Source: Octopus vulgaris (lineage: Eukaryota). Taken from it: a stretch of 64,000 nucleotides of DNA. Positions 49,547-62,200 of this stretch are shown here, one piece after another. Position 1 is the stretch's first letter. Each line of letters starts with the position of its first letter. Below the pieces are notes generated by a model. That model had not been told where the DNA came from and did no database searches. It saw nothing but the letters and a program-made list of their open reading frames with translations. Location of the stretch: positions 10,974,001 through 11,038,000 of the forward strand of contig OX597817.1 of the NCBI GenBank assembly GCA_951406725.2, given 5' to 3'. Both the position numbers and the translations under genes were made by a program.

Positions 49547-51767
49547 ATTTGGTTTGTATTGCTGTTGTATTGTCGTTTAAATATTGTTGTAGTTTTCGCT
49601 AAACACTTTGGTTTTTGCTGCCTTTGGTAGTCTGGTTGTACTTTCCCTCCTCATAGAGGAGGGTAGGTCAGGTACGAAAATGGAAGACATCAGATGTTCA
49701 GATAGCAGCTACACGGAAGTGTCCGATTCTGAGCAGTCGGACATTCCATGGAACGCTAAGAAGGAGAAAAAAGCAGAGGTGGCAAAAATATCGGAGTACA
49801 GTATGGAAAGGAACGAGTGGAAGGACTATTCAAAAACGATGAAAAGGAAAGGAACTAATGTGGAAGTGGCAGTCCCAATAGATTTTATTAACTAGCAGTA
49901 TCACCCGGCGTTGCTCGGGTTTGTAAGGGAAATAACTATATAAGCATTTTTAGAGAGTTATAGCCAAAAGATAACAAAAAAATGCATTAAAAATGCAAAA
50001 AAAATGATGGTAGATTTTTTTTTTAAATCGTTGACTCATCGTAGACATTTTTAGAGAGTTACTTCCCTTATATAATAGCGAAAAAATGCATTAACATGGA
50101 AAAAAAAATGATGGTAAATTTTTTTTTAAATCGTTGACTCATCGTAGACATTTTTAAAGAGTTACTTCCCTTATATAATAGCGAAAAAATGCATTAAAAT
50201 GGAAAAAAATGATGGTAAATTTTTTTTAAATCGTAGACTCATCGTAGACGCGCGCTAATACTCAGAAGGGCTCGATATGAATCACGACTATAAGATACCC
50301 GGTTTTGGTTAAACTGCACTGCAAAATGTGGGAGTAGTTAGGAATCTAAATCGTAGGAGACAGACACACAACCTCTCTTTTATATATAAAGATAGAATGG
50401 AATGTACGGTGGTATACAAAACCCACTCAGTGGACGCAGGAAGAATCAACGAAATGACAACGAATCAAGTAGAGAAAGCTCTAAGGCTAGTCTGGAAGGA
50501 AATCAAATATCTAGCCAGAGGGAGTAAATCTGGAACAGTTGAAGTTCAATTTAAGGATGCAACTGTAGCAAATTTGAACGCGGCAACAATCTTGAAAACT
50601 GATGAAGTGGTCATGTTGCCGATATATCGTGGAAGGCGTGCCACAAGGGTCAACATAGAGGGAATCCCCTCCCCCCAGACGTCGACGTGGCCTGGATAGC
50701 AGCCGCTGTCTTGTTCGGCAACGTGGAAGAGACAGCGGTTCTCCAGGCCACTAAGACAGAAACAAGAAACTGGAAAGGGTAATCCCTAAACATGGTGATA
50801 CGAGGACCGAAGGAAATAATAGAAGAGTTGCTGGAAACAATAGCATTTGACGGTGTAATAATGGTAGTTAGAGTAGAGGGCAGGATTCCCAGATGCTACA
50901 AGTGTGGCGAAAAAGGCCACATTAGAGCACACTGCCCTCTCTACAAGAGAAAAAGAACCGGCAAAAGAAAAGGAAGAAGTAACACCACCACCACCACCAC
51001 CACCACCACCACCACCACCACCACCACCACCAGCAGCAGCAGAAACAGAAGAGGAAAGCGGAACAGAATGCGAATGGGTGACATCAGGCAAGAAAAGGAA
51101 AAGAAAAAGGGAGGAAACCAGGTAAAATTAATACAGAACCCCACCCCACCCACACCCTCTTCCTCCAACCCGCTCCCTACAGACGCTGATCCTACCCATC
51201 CCCTTCCAACACAAAAACAAATACAGTCAGACACAAGCCGTTCAATCTCCCCCACCCCTCGAAAAAAAGAAAAGAAGTAACTTTGCTATTAAGTATGACA
51301 ATACGAATAAGGAATTGTGTGAAGAAATTAAAAAAGTGGAAAAATATAAGAGTGGTGGACACTCGCAAGTCCGACAATGTACAAGGGTGGCATTGCTGCC
51401 TAATGTTGGACGAGGAGCAGAGGGGAAAAGTGTTGAAATTCAAAGGAGGATTTGAAATGTGAGAATTTGGACTGGACATGCAAAAATTACCATGGAACAT
51501 AGATTACATGCAATTACTAAAGGAGTGCGGTTTCGACATCTTGAAAGGCACCAAGTATAAAAAGAAAAAATGAACAATGGTAAAAATGATATGACTCAGA
51601 GGTGGGGGCTGAGAATTCTTCATTTCATCTCTCATTTTCGTTTTGTCATTCATTGTAACATGCACTTTCGTTCCATTTTTTTTTTTTTTGAAATTTGTTA
51701 TATGTCTCCACATGTCCTTGTATTGTCCCCTCTATGTCGGCCCCTTGAGGGCAATATAAAAAAAAAC
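49547..51767 (+). mobile_element. ORF1-only (gag-like zinc knuckle) L1/Tx1-type non-LTR element
   Basis: 27-bp TSD with 2 mismatches (49520-49546, 51768-51794) and an A-tail. The disrupted ORF from 49680 carries RCYKCGEKGHIRAHCP (CX2CX4HX4C) and a poly-Pro tract. No RT or endonuclease was seen. Confidence 0.75.
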
Positions 51768-51833
51768 ACTTATTCTTAGCGCAAGTTTTGAAGAGTGCAG
51801 TTTGATTTTAACAGTTATTTTTCCAAAGCTATA

Positions 51834-52854
51834 ATGGAAGTGACAAAGGAACATATTTAGCATATTTTGCTTTATGAGTTCAATAAAGGCAACAACACAA
51901 CAGTAAGCGCAAGGAATATTAATGCAGTATATGGGAATCGGACAATAAGCGTAAGCCAGTGTCAACGGTGGTTCCAGAAATTCCGAGCCGAAACTACAGC
52001 CTAGAAGACGAGCCTCGTCCTGGAAGATCTGTAGCGCTCGACGTGGACGTCCTGCAAACCCTGGTGGAACAAAATCCCATCGAAACTGTTGAGGATCTAG
52101 TAGAGAAGCTTGGGTTTGGTCGTTCAACCATTCATCGACACCTGCATGCCATCGGAAAAGTCAGCAAATTGGGTCAATGGGTTCCTCACAAACTTTCCGA
52201 GTCTAATCGCGCGCAGAGAGTGAATGTGTGCTCTTCTTTGCTATCAAAATCTCACGACTGAACCTTTTTTGGACCGAATAGTGACAGGTGACGAGAAATG
52301 GGTTCTCTATAAAAACATCAAGCGCCGAAGACAGTGAAAGGAGAAACACTGGGACCCAAGGCTAAAGAAGGTCTTCATCCACGTAAGGAGTTGTTATCTG
52401 TTCGGTGGGGTATGAAAGGTTTAGTCCACTCTGAAGTTTAAAACCCAAAACAAACAATAACAAAGGAGATCTACTGCGAGCAGCTTGAGCGGCTTAAGTC
52501 ATTGCTAGAAGGAAAACGACTAACTTTGGTTTCAAATGAAAGGTGTTCTTCCATCAGGATAATGCTTGGCCACATACAGCGAGGAAGACATTTCAAAAGC
52601 CGGAGCAGTTTGAATGGGAAACGATGCCCTACCTACCATATTCGCTGAACATTGCCCCATCTGATTATCATTTATTCCTCGGTTTTCAAAATCATTTGGA
52701 CGGAAAAAATATGAATTCTGTAGACGAGGTCAGAACAGTAGTAGGGGAGTATTTTTCGTCACGGACAAGTGAATGATGGATGAGGGGCCTTGCAAGTCTA
52801 GCAGATAGATGGACGAGCATTGTAGAAAATGAAGGAAAGTATATTTTAGATTAA
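51834..52854 (+). pseudogene. Mariner (DD34D) transposase pseudogene
   Basis: MEVTKEHI*HILLYEF...LEDEPRPGR...WVPHKL...IVTGDEKWVLY...HQDNAWPH...YSLNIAPSDYHLF, with stops and frameshifts. Confidence 0.93.
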
Positions 52855-55365
52855 AAATGAACTTTGTTTATCTTGATTTTGAAAAATGAAAAAAGTTTTA
52901 AAAACTGCATTATTTATGGGATGACACACACACACATATGTATATATATGTATATATACGAGTGAGTGGGCAAACGAAAGAAGGGCACTCAACTAATTTA
53001 TTGGGAGTTACATAAATGGATCAAAACAGTTTGGTTTAAATTCGTTGGTACTCTTGAGTTTCAAGCGTGATGCTAGTCGTCAGTCATTATATATATATAT
53101 AATTTTTGGAAGAAATTCAGTTCTGATTTTCAAATCAGTCATTTGAAAGCACCAAGAATAGATTCATTCATATCGCCAGCCACAAAAAACAAAAAAAAAC
53201 AAAAAAAGAAACACGTTTTGGAATTAAAATTAATTGCTATAATCAAATCCCTCCCTAAGCTAATCGTTGCTATTATGCAAATGTATCGTAAGTCCAAAAT
53301 GTTGCTTTTTCAGAAAACGAAAGAATAGTTTCACCAATCCATTTCTTTTTACATTAGCAACAGTTTCAGCATAACAATAATACTTTATTGGACGCGTAAA
53401 ATCGTATTTCCATGCATGTATGATATTTTCAGTTAGAAATATTTTTGCAAAACTGTCGTATGTGGGACTTACTACACTTTTGAAAAATGCTAAACCCTTG
53501 TGCTACACTTTGACAACTTTCATATCTGAAAGCAGCTGGAGATATGACTGTTTGACCAAAAGAACTAGTTATTGAAATCGAAATTAAATATTGGAAAAAA
53601 CATATTTGGCCAAATTTGGACATACGACAGTTTAACACAGTAGCAACAATATATAGTTCCGAAGTATTATTTTCATTTTGTTAACATTACTGTTCAGGTA
53701 GTACTTGTATTTGGAACTAACCCTAACCCTAACCCACTCTTCATGTCTATCCTGAAAGTGTTGGACTTATAACAGACTAAACGGGACATTAAAGGCTTCA
53801 AATTACTGGTCCATGAAGGCCTGCAAGAGTCGTGGGCTCTAACTATTCTTCCAGATTCACCAAACGTAAAATAATTTCTTAAAAACCCACCTAAATTCTA
53901 TCGTTTTCAGAATCGTAAAAATTGCTCTGAATTAAAGTGACATGTTTTATCACAGCTAGAATCTTTTATCTTTTACTTGTTTCAGTTATTGCAATGTGGC
54001 CATGCTGGGGCGTCGCCTTGAAAGGTTTAGTCGAACAAATCGATCTCAAAGTCTGGCATTTACTCTATCGACCTTTTTTTTAATGGATTTAAAAAATTAT
54101 TCAGAGGTTAACTGGCAGCACATCTGACTCTTTTATCTCGGTCTTCGAGAATCATAGGTGGAAATGAGAAAGTTATATTCAGATCGATGATTTGGTCGAA
54201 AGCCTTCAACAGAGTTAATACCTTTAAAGGCTCCAAGGATCACATTGCGTTAAACCGAGAGACTGATTGTCCAACACCCAGAATAGGAACGATCCTTCTG
54301 ACAAAGTTGCATTCTGTTCCTGTCTTGCAGATTTCATTGATCTCATGTTATGGTAGGACGCAATTGCCAAAGGTACGGTGCAGAAGGATCGAACTTGATA
54401 CCCAAAGCTGCGAAGCAAATTTTTTTAACCACACTGTTATGATATTCATAGTTCGCTGTTAAGATGTTTTATTTATTGTCTTGGTTTTTCTAAATCATCA
54501 TTTTGATCCCTCTTTAATATTTCATGTAACTTCGTTCGTCTTTACGTTCTGAGTTCAAATTCCGCTGAGGTCGATGTTGCCTTTCAGCCTTCCGGGGACC
54601 ATAAAATAAGTACTTGAGCTAAAATCTGAAGCCAATATTTTATGTAACTGAATGTATGTCTGAGTTTATGGTAGTGTACACTGAACTGGTCCACTGACCT
54701 CATGTTTTACACTATTGAAAACAATTTCACGGTTAACTGATAAGATCTCCTACAATTCTCCGTGGAATTATTTAGTTTCAAAGATTTGAAAAGTATAGTA
54801 GAAGTGGAGGGATTAGTTTTACCCAGACTGAGAAACCTTTATCTAACTTTTCATTTGGGAGGAAATCATTTTGGACAGTTTGTACATAATATTGATAACG
54901 CAATAACCCTTTTTTTTAAAAATTATTTTAAGTATATATTCACAAAAGTATTGTATTCAGGAAATACTGAATTTAAGCTCTATTACTGTTTTTTTTTTCT
55001 TTCTTGAAAACGTCTCTTCATGAATAAAATATTCAGTCAGTAAAGTAATTCCAAATACCATCTGGAAAGCATGTTATTCATAAAACCCAGTTTGTTTCTC
55101 CAGTTTAGGAAGTGTATAATGGAAAAACTATCCATAAGTTATTTTATCAATATTGCCACAATCGTGACAAATATATATATATTTTTAATGGGACTTACAA
55201 AATACGAAGAATCTTTAATATCCATAAAGCAATATTAATTTCTCAGTCACAGACAAGGCTAAATTAAAACAAGTATATTATTCGGCTAACATTTCAGGGA
55301 CTGATTCATAAAAAAAAATCTTAGATTTCAACGTCACTGACTTTCACCGTTTTAAATTCTATATA

Positions 55366-55401
<36 letters not shown>

Positions 55402-55899
55402 GGTGACTTATTATTTTAAAGTTAGTCACAAGGTATTCAGAATAAAAAAAAAAAGTAATTTAAGGATGCAAACCAATGGTGAAACCAATGACGTGTTGCA
55501 AATTTTATCTTTCTGGTTCCCAATTTAAAGATCTTCTTTAAAATCTGAATTGTTTTAATTCTGAGAATGAATCTTTAATTTGAACCATTTTAAATACGAT
55601 TGTTCATTTGCTAATGTGATTCTGTAACATTTATAACATTTCAGGGAGTTTTAGTAAACACTTTGGCGATGTTTGAAATAGTTGTCACATATCAATACCA
55701 TCGCTACATATCAGTTATCCACAAACCGACCGGTTTCTATCCTCTCTTTAGGTCCTGTATCGTTTCAATGTAGAGCGGCATCAGTTCTGTGTTCAGAGTA
55801 AATGGCTACCAATCGGAACCGTTTCAAACCACGTGCTCATCCCATCAAAAGTATTCTATCTCATCTTTTCTATATGTACTAACTCTCGAGTAGCTACTG

Positions 55900-56930
55900 C
55901 GAAAATTGGAGTTGCTGAGGGGAATTCAGTTTGAACTGAAAAGAAGAGCTGGGTCGGCATATGAGGACGATGTCATCCTAATGTCGAGCATCACAGAAAT
56001 CGAGGTAATCCGTACCATTCAACACGAACAAAAATTAACCAGGATTGTCGGTGGATTACAGTTCGGCATCTAGAGAGGCAAGTCCATACCGTCATACAGT
56101 GTCGTGGCGACCTAGAGGGATGATACTATTAAGGCGCTTGCGATTCGTTTCGGCCCAGGCCTTCTTGAAAGGCTGAGTAGAGGTGGCGAATGCTTACATC
56201 ACCTTCATTATATATTACTGCCAGTCTGACGCGCCTTGCTCTAGCTTTTACTTGAACAAACTGGAGAGTTTGTTCTTTTAGTTCCTGTTGAAGGGATCCG
56301 TTCCATTAGTGAGGTGGTCTATCTAGTGTGAATATTCCCGGCACAGAGGGCTTCGTATACCGTGGCTGCTGATATTTCTTGATTCCTTGACGGAGAGTAG
56401 GTGTGCTTTTTTAGTTAGATACATCTCTCAGCTTGTCTCTTTGACGGAGCTGCAGTTTGGGGTCAAGTTGAGACTAAGACTGGGTGACTAGCATCTGTAA
56501 TGCTGTCAAGCGTTCACAGGCCTCTGCAAGTTGGACAATGCGGTCGTTGGATTTTCCATTCTGATATTCTATTGAGGACTAGTGGTGGAAAGAGAGAGAC
56601 GAACTTGCCAGGGCGTCTTTTAATGAGAATCAACTGGGTGATCTCTTCCTAAGAACGTTCGACTCAAGAATTAGAGCTATGGATGATTTCCAAAAACCTG
56701 GTTTGACAGTGCTACCTGGCTGGGGGTATTGCTGGTTGGAGACTAACTCAACATACACAGAAGTGCTGTTAACTTTGACCTGTCCAATATGCAAGCAGAA
56801 CGAAGAAACTGCACTCGTTCAGTGTCCGAGTATTGCTGATATGTTTAGCTACGTCGAACAGCTGTTGTCGTGTATGAGGGGGATCCAGTTGTTAGCTGAG
56901 TCTATCGCGAAGATCTGTCCCCCTTATCAG
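55900..56930 (+). mobile_element. Degraded L1/Tx1-like ORF2 fragment
   Basis: SAYEDDVILM (YADD-like) near 55953-55983, and a C-terminal Cys motif CPICKQNEETALVQCP. Many stops. Confidence 0.55.
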
Positions 56931-57352
56931 TATTTTCTATCGGTGCTATAATGGCCTCTTCCATTCAGGTATCACTCGACCCATTCGTCTCTCAACCTCT
57001 TGTCACCCTTGTTACGTCTAGCCCCTTCGGCAACGCACCGACTTTTATGTTCAGTACTTCCTCCCCAGAACGTCGGCCCTTTGGAATTTCCCCACTCTTT
57101 TTCTTTTATTTTACTTGTTTCAGTCATTTGACTGCGGCCATGCTGGAGCACTGCCTTTAGTCGAGCAAATCGACCCCAGGACTTATTCTTTGGAAGCCTA
57201 TCGGTCTCTTTTGCCGAACCACAAAGTTACGAGGACGTAAACACACCACCATCGGTTGTTAAGTGATGTTGGGGGGACAAACACAGACACACAAACATAT
57301 ACACACACACATACATACATACATACATACATACATACATACATACATACAT

Positions 57353-57387
<35 letters not shown>

Positions 57388-57754
57388 TTCATATATATAT
57401 ACATATATACGACGGGCTTCTTCCAGTTCCCGTCTACCAAATCCACTCACAAGGCTTTGGTCGACCCGAGGCTATAGTTGAAGACACTTGCCCAAGGTGC
57501 CACGCAGTGGGAATGAACCCGGAACCAATCAGCCTTTGGGCTAATCTAGAAACGCATATTGTATTAAATATCCGGTCCATAAATACTTCCGAACTCGCGA
57601 GGAGCAGGTTCTGAGAGAGAGGTTAATCATAAATAAATAAATAACGAACGATGGACAGGTGACAATTCATTACAGTTGTTTGAACGAATGAAAGCGCTAA
57701 TAAAAGGATTATCCAAAATTCTGACTGCCTCCGTTTTTCTCCACACACACACAC

Positions 57755-57802
<48 letters not shown>

Positions 57803-60324
57803 TTTGTTCTATTTTTTAAATACGTTGAAAGAGAGCAGGTCAGGTCATTTATAAATAATAAAGAATTTAAAATTTTATATGGTATTCAGTTCAAAACGAT
57901 TTGTAAGGCTTACTAGTGTGATAAAGAACTTCGTCTCGCCACCGAGTTGTTTTGTGACTCAATCCAGCTGAGCAATACTCCGAACAAGAGGTTTCTTCTT
58001 TAGAATTGGGTCACCCAATACCTTGTGAATGAAATTTGGTCGACGGAAAGTGTATGGAAAAACGATATATTAGAACAAAATACAAAGCGTTATTCACGTC
58101 CGACTGAGTTATTCCCCCTTACACTCAATGTTTTGATCCAATATCTGGAACTTGTATAAGAAAGAAAATAATCAAAATCTCTCTTGCCTGAAAGAAATTC
58201 TGGAAACTGATTTAGGTTAACTATGTTCTTACTCTTGTCAATGATGATGTGAAATGCTGTTCCTATTTAGAAATAACATATTTTGAAATTTTTGGTAAAG
58301 GACTTAGTGTTGCAATTAAAACAATTACATAATAAGAAATGCAATTTCAGCTATTTAAAGACACGCAGAAGCTATTACAATCACTTTTCGTTTATTTCTC
58401 AATAGTATTAGCTATTACAAAGTGCGACGAAACTTTGTGATACTTCGTATCAGACTGTACTATTATGAAATAATGGGCATAGATACATTGAAACTCCGAC
58501 GTCTGGCAGCTGACTTGGTAGACATCCATAAAATTATTAACCATCTTACAAACAATAACTCTGAGCACATTTTCAAACTCCACCTGTCTAACACCCGTGG
58601 TCATGTTTACAAAGTCAGAAAACAGCACAGCTCCCATGACTTTCGGAAACATTTTCTCACGCTAAGAGTTGCTGAAGCATGGAACAAACTGCCGGCATCA
58701 GTTGTTAGTTGTCGGAGCACTGCATCCTTCAAAACTTCCATGCTTCCTGAGATTTCGCCAACACTACACCTGATTTTCTCCCCTCCATACACACGCAAGC
58801 ATGTATCTGACTCATACACTGTTCGCTTTCCAGACATTTGTACATTAAGGCACATGCTTTATACGCACTTTTGACAAGTTGTGTTGCACCTGAGCACTGT
58901 ACACAATAATTTCATTATTATTATTATTTTTATTTTGAAATAAACGGAAGTGAATCCTGCAGTTTTGTGTGTGTTTTTAAAAAGCTAAGATACTTCTTCT
59001 TCTGTGATGTAATAGTAAAGCTTTTGGAGTTCGCTAAATTCATCACCCTTTATTAATTGAAACAATTTAAAATCTTTTCCGAATCTTTGAATCAGAATAC
59101 ATTTGAAAATTAAGTACACAAATTATTTTCTAGCATCAGGAGTGGCCGTGTGGTAAGTAGCTTGCTAACCAGCCACATGGTTCCGGGTTCAGTCCCACTG
59201 CGTGGCATCTTGGGCAAGTGTCTTCTGCTATAGCCCCGGGCCGACCAATGCCTTGTTAGTGGATTTGGTAGACGGAAACTGAAAGAAGCCCGTCGTATAT
59301 ATGTATATATACATATATATATATATGTGTGTGTGTATGTGTTTGTGTGTCTGTGTTTGTCCCCCTAGCATTGCTTGACAACCGGTGCTGGTGTGTTTAC
59401 GTCCCCGTTACTTAGCGGTTCGGCAAAAAGAAACCGATAGAATAAGTACTGGGCTTACAAAAGAATAAGTCCCGGGGTCGATTTGCTCGACTAAACGGCG
59501 GTGCTCCAGCATGGCCGCAGTCAAATGACTGAAACGAGTAAAAGAGTAAAAGAGTAGAGATTTCTTTGATGTTCATTTTTGGTGCTCAGTTCCTTTTACC
59601 ATAAAGAAATTAACTTTACTGATTCTTATTCCTATTCACTCTGCTTATGTGTCACTCTGGTTCTTTAAGGTCAAAACGTAGAAGATGACGATATTGAATT
59701 TTGCTAAAATAGTCGCATCGTAACCAACATTCAATGGTACCTTTTAAGATAATAATATATAATAATGGTTTCAAATTTTGCCAAAAGGGTAGTAGTTTTG
59801 GGTGGAGGGGATGAGTCGATTACATCGACCCCAGTGTTCTACTGGTACTTATGTTATCAGCTCCGAAATGATGAAAAGTAAAGTCGACTTCGGCGTAATT
59901 TGAATCCAGAACGTAGCGACGGGTGCAATACCTATTTCTTTACTACCCACAAGGAGCTAAACATAGAGTGGATAAACAAGGACAGAGAAAGGGATTAAGT
60001 TGATTACATCGACCCCACTGCGTAACTGGTACTTAATTTATCGACCCCGAATGGATGAAAGGCAAAGTCGACCTCGGCGAATTTGAACCCAGAACATAGC
60101 GGCAGACGAAATACCTATTTCTTTACTGCCCACAAGGAGCTAAACACAGAGAGGACAAACAAGGACAGACAAACGGATTAAGTCGATTACATCGACCCCA
60201 GTGCGTAACTGGTACTTATTTAATCGACCCCGAAAGGATGAAAGGCAAAGTCGACTTCGGCGGAATTTGAACTCAGAACGTAACGGCAGACGAAATACCA
60301 CTAAGCATTTCGGCCAGCTCGCCG

Positions 60325-60326
<2 letters not shown>

Positions 60327-60391
<65 letters not shown>
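60327..60391. repeat. (CTA)n microsatellite; other SSRs are (TA)n at about 34190, 45095 and 45256, (CA)n at about 57760, (TACA)n at about 57310 and (CCA)n at 50983-51031
   Basis: Directly visible. Confidence 0.95.
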
Positions 60392-60392
<1 letters not shown>

Positions 60393-62200
60393 TTAGATAA
60401 TTTTACTTCTCAGTAGATTCCTGTTTAGTATATTCATGCATCGAGTCAGCGAGCTGGCAGAATCGTTAGCACACCGGGCGAAATGCTTAGCGCTATTTCG
60501 TCTGCCGCTATGTTCTGAGTTCAAATTCCGCCGAGGTCCACTTTGCCTTTCATCCTTTCGGGGTCGATAAATTAAGTACCAGTTACGCACTGGAGTCGAT
60601 GTAATCGACTTAATCCGTTTGTCTGTCCTTGTTTGTTCCTTCTGTGTTTTGTCCCTTGTGGGTAGTAAAGAAATATGAATTTCGCTCGTTTTTACGTTCT
60701 GAGTTCAAATGAAACAGGGGTCGACCTTGCCTTTCATCCAGTCGAAGTCGATAAAATAGGTACCAGTTGAGCATTGGGGTCGATGTAATCGTCTTGGTCT
60801 CCTCCCTGAAACTACTGGCCCTCTGCCAAAATTATAGTCCAATATTTTCATAAATCTTTAAAGTACATTTTTTTTTATTTTCCGTTGAGGAAGGCTATAT
60901 TTTTTCATTCATTTTATTGAACACTTACACACACGCGCGTCGCGTAGATGTGTAAATATATATGTATGTATATGATTGCATTCATTAGAAAGACTATATT
61001 TTGGGTTCCACTATTATAATTTCAGCTGTTATTCCACATTATGCAGACTTTTTGAATTACCATTATATAATTTTGTTCCAATAGTATGACAGAATTTGAC
61101 GCGCTATTTCCCCGACAGAATTAAAATCCTGCTCGTTAAATTGAATGCTAGAAAGATTACAGAAATAGTAGAATTTAAGACTTTCGTGTTTCTTTTTCAG
61201 GATTGTGGGCCTGGAAGAAAGAAAATATAATTCCTTTTCTTATGTTTTAATCTGTTTATGTGTGGTAGTCTTAACATTAATCCTCGTCTTCGATAGCTAC
61301 CGAAATGTAAAGGTGCGAACCACTTAATTATCCAAATAATATTAGATCTTTTTATTGACGCAAAATTCATGAATGAGAAGAAATTCGACTACGTTTAAAG
61401 CTTGAGAATTCATAGTAGTAATTCCAGTCAGCATTAATTGTAAAATGTTTTGTGTTGGGATTTTACTTACCCCTTCCACATAGTTTATTCGAACTGAACT
61501 GCTCCAAAATAGTCGTATCTCTCTATATATAAAGCTGAAGTTGTGTATGGCAGATTTGGTGACCTTCAACTAACACTATCTCCTCCGAAACCGTGCGGCG
61601 CAAGTTGACCAAAATTGAGAGTATGATAGAAGAAGGCTTGCTCTTCCTTCCGTAGAAGAAAAAATTCAAATCGGACCATGTTAACACCAAAAATTATTTA
61701 CATCAAAAAGGTGCATTTTTTCTATGAAAACCCCTATTTTCTACGATTTTTTTGACTGCTGTGTCGCCATTTTTCGGTGTATTTCAACCAGAAAAATGTT
61801 CACTTAAATAGAATAACAAGCTACATAATGCAAGATTTTTACTTTTCAAAACTTCCAATTCAAAAGGGTCGAAACAAACCTGAGCAACGCCGGGCGATAC
61901 TGTTAGTTTAAAATATCTTTAGCAAGTCTCTTTTTAAAGGGGTTAAGCTACTTATTCTTGTTAGAGAAATTAACATTGTATATGTTTTTTATTATCAACC
62001 CTTACCATTCAATGAAATAATCTCAGGTGCTCGAAACTCCACTAATTCTATAGAGATTATCCTGGCAACAAGGTGCTCACAACTTCATCTAGGACAACTA
62101 AACGAGTGAATGAAAGTATACGTCGTTGTACATCAAGCCACATATCATTCACTCAGAGAGCGCAAACCTCCGTCAAGGCAACACCAACGTCCTCTCAACG

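Larger units (their letters stand above)
49399..52925 (+). mobile_element. Mariner element carrying nested insertions
   Basis: TIRs GTCATCCCATAAATAGTGCGGTTTT and AAAACTGCATTATTTATGGGATGAC. Confidence 0.9.
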
